From NCBI GenBank assembly GCA_964016885.1, contig OZ024758.1, positions 21,390,001-21,454,000 of the forward strand: DNA of 64,000 bases. The letters are read 5' to 3'. This DNA is from Eledone cirrhosa (lineage: Eukaryota). This document shows, piece by piece, positions 53,531-64,000 of this stretch (within the stretch, counting starts at the first letter, position 1; every line of letters begins with the position of its first letter). A program made the position numbers and the translations under genes. The notes beneath the pieces were generated by a model, which was not told where the DNA came from, ran no database searches, and saw only the letters and a program-made list of their open reading frames with translations.

Positions 53531-53735
53531 GTGTGTATCTGTGAAACATATACATATACACAATGTCCGAACTCAAAAGAACCAAACTCACACTGTCACC
53601 ACCTCCATCTCTCCAGCTCTCCCCCGTCTCACACTATTATGAGCAAATGGGGCCCCACGCTCTGGCCGCCTCGCGGCCCCAGCGGACAGTAATAGAAGAG
53701 GTTTCCCCCGAGAATGGTGAGGGAAACGAGCTGTA
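53531..53735 (+). repeat. Unclassified dispersed repeat, family E
   Basis: Aligns with the 29370 and 41411 copies; GC-rich 3' half. Confidence 0.7.
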
Positions 53736-54076
53736 CGAATAACATGAATGTGTACAAGCCTTGGTGTTGTTACAGAATTATAAAGGAAGACCTATTCAAC
53801 ATTTATTTAAAAATAAAACGCAGAACAATGATCGCTCCTGTTGCAAATTCAGATTCACAAAAAGATGCACAAAGGATAAAATATTCACAAAGTATAAAAT
53901 ATATATATAAAATTGATGCATTTAGTTGGAAATAACTCAACTGCTGTTGCAGTTTCGCTTCGATCCGTATGGATGTTTTCATGTTTACGTTCGTATATTT
54001 TCATAGCGAGAAATTTCTTTCACTCCAGGCGAAAAATTTCGTCCCAAAATACCTAGCAAGGATTTTCTAATATAAA

Positions 54077-54160
54077 CAAAACAAAACTATATATGTATAG
54101 TTCTCAAAACAAAACTATATATGTATAGTTCTCAAAACAAAACTATATATGTATAGTTCT
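54077..54160. repeat. 28-bp tandem repeat x3
   Basis: CAAAACAAAACTATATATGTATAGTTCT x3. Confidence 0.95.
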
Positions 54161-54794
54161 CCTTCTAAAATACCATAAACGTAAATGCTATCACATGAGT
54201 GTGCTTATTAAATGGATGCGACAAAGCTGAAAACAGAATTGACCTACTGTATGAATCATCTTACATAAAAACTTACATAATTCAGTGTAGAGTTAATACA
54301 CAAATGGACAGGGTTCTGTGAAATATAACCAAATTTGTCAAATATAAACCAACATGATATATAATATGTACACATATATTCACTGAAAACACACTAAGAT
54401 TAATAATGGAAATAGGCATATATCCAATGAAATATCGAGATTCTAAATGTATAGAACATAAAACATAGGGGAAACCAAATTAGCTGGAAATATTACAGAG
54501 AAAAATATCTCCTGTACTTTCAAATAATGGAGTTATAATTATCCTTATTATCATAGCAATCTCGCGAGAGTTGCAACTGCTCCACCAGATGCACTTTCCT
54601 ATTATTAGGATGCGTGGAGCGTTATTGCTTGAGGATACAAAATTCTGATGATCGACAATATCAGATTACAGGATTAGATTTGTTGTATCTGGTATTACTT
54701 CAGTGAATTCTCTTATTCTTTTACAATATACGTACAAAGCGTGTTGAGAAGGTAACTGATATATTTATCTTGTGTAAGCAGAATTATGTATTAC

Positions 54795-54883
<89 letters not shown>

Positions 54884-54901
54884 ATAGAGAGAGAGAGTAC
54901 G

Positions 54902-54946
<45 letters not shown>

Positions 54947-55022
54947 GTGTGTGTGTGTGTGTGTGTGTGTGTGGAGAGAGGGAGAGAACCATAAACACAC
55001 ATGCAGTCACACTCACACGCAC

Positions 55023-55062
<40 letters not shown>

Positions 55063-55067
<5 letters not shown>

Positions 55068-55286
55068 AACAAGTAAAACCCCGACGGTTGAGCTCAAGCC
55101 GTTTCGACGGCTAATTCTGTACTGAATGAAAAAGATTAATTGTTCATTCAGTACAGAATTAGCCGTCGAAACGGCTTGAGCTCAGCCGTCGGGGTCTTAC
55201 TTGTTTCTATTACCCACTCTACTACCCTAAGTATTGAGTACTTTGGTGCGTTATGGTCCACCTGGTTCCTTACCACATTTCCTTCG

Positions 55287-55288
<2 letters not shown>
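55063..55288 (+). mobile_element. Palindrome-head (TA)n-embedded element, family P2
   Basis: 68-bp arms 55063-55130 / 55143-55210 (3 mismatches), same ends and tail as 30799-31008. Confidence 0.85.
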
Positions 55289-55343
<55 letters not shown>

Positions 55344-55593
55344 ATGGAGTTATCTGAAACTGCTTAAATATGTATATATATCCATTCATGTATTGAATAT
55401 ATAGATATGTAAACGTATTGAATGTAGGTATTACCATGTAAATTAAAAATAAGCAATAATTTAAAAGATAAGTTTATGATGCATATATATAAATATATAT
55501 ATGAACACAACGTGTAAATTTATATATATTTATATGTATCTCTCTCTCTATATATATATATATACACACACAACGTGTAAATTTATATATATT

Positions 55594-55642
<49 letters not shown>

Positions 55643-55739
55643 GTGTAAATTTATGTATTCTCGGTTATGTATGTTCTGTATGAATATATAAAGCGTTGAC
55701 GTATGTTTCGGCAAATCTGAGTACTCATAATATTGCTAG

Positions 55740-56116
55740 TATACTCTAACCTGAACATCTGGAAGAGGGGTTTCCGTCTAGAAACTGCGAGGATAGTCTC
55801 ACCTGGGGACCGTTTTGCACCTAGAAAGCCCCGCCTCCCCGAGTCACAACACGAGGCAAGATAGTTTTGTGGGGAGCCAGCAGTCACTTATGCATACCAG
55901 TCTCCTCCTTTCCACGTCACCGATGTTGTCCAAGGGAAAAGCAAGGGCTGATAGTTTGACACCAATGACGTCGCCGCAATCTACTACAGCTGAGTGTAAT
56001 GGAGCAACATGAAATAAAGTGTCTTGCCGAATGCATCAACACACCACCCGATCAGGGAATTGAACTTACAACCTCTGATGTGTGAATCTCATACGCTAAC
56101 CACTAAGGCACGTGGC
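55740..56116 (-). mobile_element. Long tRNA-derived SINE (family B-related core, different tail)
   Basis: Minus strand GTGCCTTAGTGGTTAGCG...AGTTCAATTCC...GCAAGACACTTTATTTCATGTTGCTCC..CTCAGCTG. Confidence 0.7.
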
Positions 56117-59100
56117 ATGACCTTTCTTTTATTAATTATTATATAATTCCTACTTTCAAAATCGATAGATGTTACCCTATTGATTGGTGAGTCTATGAAT
56201 CGAATTTTATCATTAGTGTTTTATCATATCCTTGAGTAAGAAATTATCCATGAATAGGTTTAAGTTGGCAGCTATTCATCACAGTAGAAAGTAGCAGGGC
56301 AACTTCACAATTATCAAGGTTGTTTTATTTGCTGTTTTCAAATATTCTCTATATCCCTAGAGATGGTAATGGCGTGAATATAGCACTTAACATCACACAA
56401 CGTAGCAGAAAACACATGATTAAAATCATCAAAGTCAAGAAAACATATTCTTGATCCAATTACCCCCAATTAGATATACAAACATCAGTAGGTATAAAAA
56501 AATAGATTAATTTCAAAATTATACTAATAATCAGCTACTTTTATTACCGTTAGTATTGCATAAAAAATTCATACGTGAGTTGTATTATTTACCTACTTGT
56601 TATTAAAAAGTAAATTCTGTCTCTAATAACCTTGAGAATATTAAAACTACGTCGATGTTATTGAAAATCTATATCATGAAAATGTACGTGATGCTAAAAG
56701 CAACCCAAATAAATATCTTTGAATAAATTCTGATTAAATTGTAGAAGACTCTAATGTGATCGTGTGAAAAACAGAAGCCTATAAACAGAGGCAATAAAAT
56801 TAATGCAAATATTTTTTTCTCGATATTTTTTTTAATTCATTGAAAACCGTTATAAAAATAATTTATTATAACTTGAATTAAATATTTATTACTACTTTTA
56901 GAAATGTTAAACATGTTTAGTCATCTGTATTCATAGATATATGAAAACTAAAAAGTGGTTCCTAATTATGCAAATATAAAAGACGGCAATTTATTGCTAA
57001 TATTTAATGTTTTTTTGCGAAGTGATTTAATAAATAATTGATATTTAAACAAACAGTAACCTCTAATAATGTTGACACCAAACTGATGATATTTAGTCAA
57101 AAGTAAGATAAATTGAAAATATCTAAAATATATATAAGAATCTCTCCATATTTATAACCATAGAAATATAGGAGACTTAACATAAGAAAATTAAAATTCA
57201 TTGCATATAAAAATTCAAATTCGGGGTATATTGAAATTCATGGTTTTAACCAGCATTGATTTAGCTCAATATTACAAATGATCGACAATAACTATTTCAT
57301 TGAGTACAACATTTTACGAAATTAGAAAATTATGTTAAATCTCAAACTTAATTTGCTGATAGAATATAATGTAATAGTAAAATAAAAATAATTTCTCTTT
57401 AATCTTTAACCCACATAAATGAGAATATAGTGTATAATATCTATAATATCGAAATAATTGACATGAAATATTGTTAAATCTACAAACGAAAATAGATTTA
57501 TACATAATCAGATTTAATAAACTAGATAACTGTGTAGTAACCTGTAACCTTTAGAAAGAGAATATTGTTGAATATATCGACTCCAGGAAACATCTTGTAT
57601 TTATAGACCCTCGATGGTATGAAACCCAGAACGTAAAAGTACATAATTAAATGTCGCAATAGACGCTCTATGATTTACATATTTATATATTCAATCAAGC
57701 ATGTGTTTACGTTAGGCAAAGCTGTGAATTTGATCAGTTGTAATGTGCTGTCTTATAAACCATAGAATGTCTCCTGTTTAATATCATTAGCATACCATTA
57801 TATTCTCTCATTAAATAAGTGTTATATAACAAGTCGTGTTAGATTGAATCTCATGGGCATTGGAAGATTCAAAATGATGCTATATATTTATTCATAAATC
57901 TCCTCAGGTTATCTATAAATAATACATCTCGGTATAGGCAGAGAATTAACAGAGGCGATAGCACGTCATGTAGATATCTTTATCCCAGTACAGTTCTCTG
58001 TGCACTATTTTCAAATTCCGCCGATGTTAGTTTTGCTATCTATCCTTTAGAGATCGATAAATGAAGTATAGGTCCTCTGTTAAATTTACTGTTCCTCTAT
58101 CACACTTTCTCTCTACCTATCTGGAAACAATCAATAAAAAATATCTGATGAGGGATGCGCGCTGTCGAATTCAAAGGTATCCAGCGAAACTGTTCAACGC
58201 AATTCATGTAAGACACGATTTATCTGAGATACAATTCATCTAAACATAATTTGTCTAAAACAAAATTCATCGAAGTTTTAACCTTCTCTTTATCAATTTA
58301 CCATAACCTTTACAGATCGATATTCGATATATGATTCTGGACCAAAAGAGAAGTGTATAGTAATATTTGCAACAAGACGTGATTCGAAATGGATAAATAC
58401 ACAATATCAGAACAGCAACCATATACCTCAATCATTAGTTCAGGACCCATGGATGGACATCACATATTTTTCATTGTATGATATCTTTACCTGGATTATT
58501 GTATAACAACTGAACTATTGATACCATTTTGTTTATTGGACTATGCATAACAGAGATATTAAGATAATACTATACAGAATCACAATACGAATTGTTCTCA
58601 GTAAAGGAGTTTTTAACCAATGTGTACTGTAACTTTGTATTTATTGCTAAAGTTAGAATTATTTCACAAAACGAACTCATTTTTTTAATCTAACACGAAA
58701 AAAGTAAAATGGAATAGAATGTATTCCCTAAGATTTCAAAAACTTTTTCTGTCGTCAATTATTTAGATCATGTGTCTCAGGTCCAGGCCTGTTCCTTACG
58801 TGGTGCCACAATTTTAGAAGCGTATTTTTGTACTCTGTCACTTCCAACTAAAGTAAATCACAGACAACATATATGTCTACAAAACTGAAACAAAAAGAAA
58901 GTAATTTTCTTATTGCTGCAATGTATAATGTCAGAATGTCTTTCATTGAAATTTCGTCCACGGCACTTTTAACCAACCTGTCACACGCCGGGCATAAGAA
59001 ATTCTGCTGTTTTAAAACGTACTGTTTAGATTCGATAGTTGGAAACGGACTTTAATTGAAACTGTCATTGTCTACGCACATCAAAGCGGAAAGCAAGTGT

Positions 59101-60102
59101 CTCCACATCTTTTTTTTTTTTTCAAGTTCAGTAATATATTTTAACTTAACTTGCAGCGTTAGCATTCCTTTCACTCACAGTTACATATCCACTTTATATT
59201 TCACCTTATAATTTCTACGTACAACTGTATAATATTATTGTTTAGTATAAAATGACATTCTGCTTTCTAGAAGTATATATTGAAAAAGAAAAAAAAATGT
59301 TTTTCTGTGGTAGTCTAAAAGGTCTTATTGGAAAGGAGCTGATAGCAAATTTAGAAATCATAGTAAAAATCATAAATGGGTTGAATATCCCCGATTTCAA
59401 CAGCTGTCTAAAACTGTAATCAGTTATATTGATGGTTTGTACATTACACTATCACAGGAGGTAAAACCTATGTCGACTGAATGAGTGAACTATGATCACT
59501 TGGTGTGAGATGCATTGATAATGCTCAAACGTTTAACAAAAAAATGGAAAAAGCTGGATAATTCATGCTTGTATCTACAGTTAAAATTTATCATCTAATA
59601 TTGCAATAGAATACATTTACGATCTGTCATGTCATGATACATGCTTGCTATTCGCAATTGCTATTTCAAAATCGATTGCTTTGCGTGAAACCTAAATTCT
59701 CTTCTTTAACATTTGTCAGTAGTCAAACAGATGAACACTTATTTTTCTACCTTATCTTGATCCTCCTATATGTTTATACCTCATCGCCATGATAATTCCA
59801 TGGTATAGGTTCATGTATAAGCCGAACCTATTTACTTTACAGCAGTTATGCACATTAGAAACGTTTTTCAAATCATAATCCGCTTGTATTTCAGGGACTG
59901 AGATCTGTGGGTCATTCTCAATAAAAAGTAATTTTTGCTATCGACTACTCAAAACATTCCCTCGTCATTTTGTTAGGTGGTACATTAGCATTTCAATATA
60001 ACACAACCTAGATTCAGTATATATTGTAATTTCGAAGGATTAAATCATAGGATTCCAAATTAAAGTAAATTCCTTTCTGATACGATTCCCTAAATAGCAA
60101 TG

Positions 60103-60165
60103 CAGACCTGCCAACATTTAAAGATCCAAACGGGGAGTACCATGAAGAAAAGCGCCCAAAATTTT
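60103..60165 (+). mobile_element. MITE family F left-end fragment
   Basis: CAGACCTGCCAACATTTAAAGATCCAAACGGGGAGTACCATGAA. Confidence 0.7.
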
Positions 60166-60354
60166 ATTTAACATAAATATACATGCTTTAAAGAGATCCG
60201 TATTTTATTGCCAGACAAGGAAGCGGCTCTCAAAATGTTCCTCTACCAATGGACCTCATAAATATCACTTAGGTTTATTCCAGCCTATATAAATGAATGG
60301 AGAAGGAAATGACATACTCACACAAGAAAACTAGGAATTTGCACAATTATATAA

Positions 60355-60593
60355 TATTGGTTTCTTATATAGGCAACTATTCTTTTTTTTTGGGGGGGGG
60401 GCGGAGAAAAGTCGATTGAATCGACTCCAGAACGTGACTGGTACTTTATTTTATCGACCCCTTAGATTTATCGACCCCGTAATAATAAAAGGCAAAGTTA
60501 AGCTCGGCGGGATTTGAACTCAGATCATAAAGGGTCGTAACTCTATGCTGCAAAGCATGGCGTCCGACCCTCTACCGATACTGCCAATCCACC
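60355..60593 (-). mobile_element. SINE-A long form
   Basis: Consensus match, internal TTTATCGACCCC duplication; TGCACAATT on both flanks. Confidence 0.9.
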
Positions 60594-61794
60594 ATGCTGC
60601 ACAATTCTAAACTATTAAAATGAGATTGGAAATAAACTGAATTTATTGAATGGGGAGTATTTAAAGAAATAATTTGGGAGCCTATGTGTTGAATAACATA
60701 CACAAAAGTTCTCCAGTTATTTGAAATTCCCCTTTTAGCTTGAACAAGAAAATTCTGCGGTAACTGTTAGTGATTCTCAAAGCAAAGTGAAGATAATTTC
60801 AAGAATTTAAGGAGTAATTTGGTACAGATCGTTCAGGACATTACACCTTATATTATTTATCTACATTCATGCCTAGCTCGTTATGTTCTTTAATCAAACA
60901 TTACATTGCAAATAATGAATATATCCTGAACAGTTTCAACACATAAACTACTATAGTGAATCTATAAACTGCTATAGCGAAACACGTCTAGTTTTACCCT
61001 TTTTCCTCGAAGATACATAATTTTTATTCTGTTTTGAATTAAGAAAGCGCAAATCGACTTTATTTTTCCATTACCACTTAAATCCTAGATGTAATCGTTC
61101 CCTAAACAGGACGTAAAAACAACATAACTTAATATAAGCTATTTTGCCGTCAATGTTTACAAAAATTGGAGCTTTTATGCTTCATACAGTCATTAAATTC
61201 TATAGACGAACAGTTTTACCATGAAGGTAAGAGTTTTATTATCTCTGTGTATATCATTAGTGATCCTAGAAAACTAAAAATAAGAGAATTTTCCTAATAT
61301 TACCAGTAAAATTCTCTTTATAAATATTTCTCGTCTTGTGTATTTCCTTTTAGTTTACAGGCTTTTATGTCTGTTAGTTTCTTTCAATATCTAGTATGAA
61401 TGTTAAAACCCGGAGAAACCTAAAACGTCAAGTGTATGTAAATATATAGGCTATATAGGCCCAGACATGGTTTGTTTGTTTAAGAAGTTCTATTTGCAAC
61501 CACGAGGTTCAATGTTCAATGCAATACCTTGGACAGTATCTTTTCCTGTATTCCCGTGTAGACCAATCATTTTTGAATGGAATTTTAGATACATAAATCG
61601 CAGAAGGATGTCTTACTTACTTTTGTATTTGTGTATACGTCTTGTGACTTCACGGTTCGACAAATATTATCGATAAAATGAGTATTGGGTTCGATTTGAC
61701 CGATTGAAAGGTGGAATATCAGAGTGATCGCAGTCTAAATACAGAATCCAATAAATCAATAAATCCATTCAATTCTCTGCTGCTGCAATCTATC

Positions 61795-62110
61795 TTTTTT
61801 TCTTCATTCACTTATTCCTGGGAGGATCATGGGGGGCATAATCGTCAGACACTCCGTCCAGCAGGTCCTGTCAGAAGTAACCATCTTCACCTGATCCGCT
61901 GGATCCCCAAGCAAAACCAGCCGAGCTCATGGATGTTATCCAACCATCTTGCTCGGGGTCTACCCCTAGGTCTCTTGCCGGTTGGTTTTGCCCATAAAAT
62001 CTGTCCCAAGGGATTCATTCCTGAGACATTCTAACCACATGTCTATAGTATCGGAGCTGTGATATCTCAATTCGGAGACGTAAAGTCTCTACCTCGAGTG
62101 ACACGCCAGC
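61795..62110 (-). mobile_element. RTE-clade LINE 3' end, same family as 10368
   Basis: Minus strand encodes LEVETLRLRIEISQLRYYRHVVRMS and PTGKRPRGRPRARWLDNIHELGWFCLGIQ (frameshifted). Confidence 0.85.
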
Positions 62111-63190
62111 CATTCTTTCCTGAGACATTCTAACCACATCTATATAGAGCCAAATTACTGTGAACATCACATTTTAAGGCATATTGCATTTCATATTGTA
62201 TTACCCAATGTAACCAAGTATATGATAACAGGGTGTGATTTGAGGGAGAATTGGCTAATGTGTGTATCAGTTAGGGAAACAAGGTAATATTTTCCATATT
62301 GGTTCATTGTTAATTGCAGAAAGTGGGAATTGTAAACTCTATTATATTTGCATACATCCATTAGATTTATTTACTGCTACAAAACACCAGAATTAAGTGC
62401 CTGCTTCAATAAATCATACGACTGCATACGTTATTTTCATATGTTTTCTTTTAATATTTATTTGTTACTCAATCTGAATAATATAAGCAAGCTCCGGGCA
62501 AGCGATACATTGATTGTTACACTTTACATTTCCGGGACTAGGGGTGAATCTGATGTTGAACTTAATAATCAATTAGTCCTGTTGAAATGTTTAGCTACAG
62601 GCTTTTGGTTTTGATATTATTAAATTGGAAATATTTCTTTGGCAACATCATTAAAAAGGAGTAAAAGTTTTCATGTGAAAGCCTTAATTGAAAATGTAAC
62701 ATTTTCGAGCTAAATGTTTTGGAGTTTAGTTAAATGGAAATATAAATTTATTTTATGGCTTTGTAGCCCCACATGATATCAGCTCTCATTATCTCTACAG
62801 ATACACCTGAAAATGAATGGCTAAAAATTATGAAGGGAAATGATTTTAATAGCTGATTTCAACACAGTTACAAAACCAGATCACTGTTAACTAATCTTCA
62901 CTCAAGAGCACTGACATTATCGATCTAATGAGTGTTTCCTGTATACAAGTAAGTTTCTCTCTTACGAGTTAGGGTCAGGGTTAATGCAAATACAATAAGA
63001 GAAACGCGAGTAATATAACTATGGTTTAAAACCATTTCAGACATCGAATGTGTTGAGTGTTTACATATTCCAGTGATTGGAAGAGGTACCTCTGAAAACA
63101 TTTCGTTTTTAGATTTTGATATAGAGTCAATGATTTTGGTGAAACCCCTGACATGACAAAAACCAAACAGAAAGTAATGTTATCAATAAT

Positions 63191-63608
63191 GGTTTCTTAT
63201 ATGGGCACAATGCCAGCAATTTGGGGGGAGGGGAAACGTCGATTAAATCAACCACAGGGTATTACTGGTACTTTATTTTATCGACCCTGTAAGGATGAAA
63301 GGCAAAGTTAACCTCGGCGGGATTTGAACTCAGATCATAAAGGGACGTAACTCCATGCTGCAAAGCATGGCGTCTGACCCTGTACCGATACTGCCAATCC
63401 ACCGCCCTGTAATGTTATCAATAATTGTTTCTACTTTAGGCACAAGGCCAGCAATTAACCAGTGCATTACTGGTACTTTATTTTATCGACCCCCGTAAGG
63501 ATGAAAGGCAAAGTCAACCTCGGCGGGATTTGAACTCAGATCGTAAAGGGACGTAACTATGCTGGAAAGCATGGCGTCCGACACTCTACGGATACTGCCA
63601 ATCCACCA
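63191..63608 (-). mobile_element. Two tandem SINE-A copies (63191-63408 long form; 63421-63608 short form)
   Basis: 17-bp TSD GTAATGTTATCAATAAT at 63174-63190 and 63409-63425. Confidence 0.93.
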
Positions 63609-64000
63609 CTGGTTGTTGTGTACCTACATAGCAGAGAAGTAAGTAATGCCAGTCATGATTTATTTAAAGAAATATGAATGCCATAGTTCAAGTATGTATA
63701 ACATGCTAGTCTGGTGATAATTATTAGCTAGATAAATTTATATTATACAAAAGCCAAAAGAAGATTTAATTTCAAATGTTTCCTTTACTATTAATTTATT
63801 TTGATATAATCCATATTAGTATTAATAATGCTATGTGGTATATTCGTTTATATAAATAGTCTGGCGATTTATAGCTGTCGCAGTCATTAGTGTTGCCAGA
63901 CTGTAATTCCAACGATCAAGGTGAGGCAACGTTTCTTTGTCGAACGAAAGACAATTAAATCAGTTTTATATTTGTCAAAGGCACTTAATTTGGTCTAGCT

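Noticed and set aside
57575-58070. Very old SINE-A-like traces (also 17982-18093 and 42908-42946)
   Set aside because: Too diverged or too short to give reliable boundaries by eye
58140-58200. CTGATGA-G-GGATGC...GTATCC-AGC-GAAACTGTTC possible hammerhead
   Set aside because: Stem II is plausible, but there is no stem I pairing and no second copy in the window

Overview
This is AT-rich, microsatellite-saturated eukaryotic non-coding DNA (intergenic or deep intron), most likely from an octopod cephalopod. That assignment is inferred from recalled SINE families and the repeat landscape, not verified. I found no host protein-coding exon; nearly all listed ORFs are translations of (TA)n/(CA)n/(GAA)n/(GAT)n repeats. 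The window holds about 30 copies of a ~190-220 bp tRNA-derived SINE with a Deu/Nin-like core ('SINE-A'), which inserts at ATTAT sites and stacks into nested arrays. It also has other tRNA-SINEs, non-LTR (RTE-like) LINE relics, hAT- and mariner-type MITEs, two Helitron-like elements and several minisatellites. The most interesting signal is a set of short non-coding elements embedded in (TA)n tracts. They have a 47-68 bp-arm palindromic head, a tail with a shared ACTCT...RT(T/C)GAGTRC motif, and hammerhead-ribozyme remnants. An almost complete type-I hammerhead lies nearby at 27271-27315. These look like non-autonomous Penelope-like/retrozyme-type elements. All coordinates were read by eye and may be off by a few bases.
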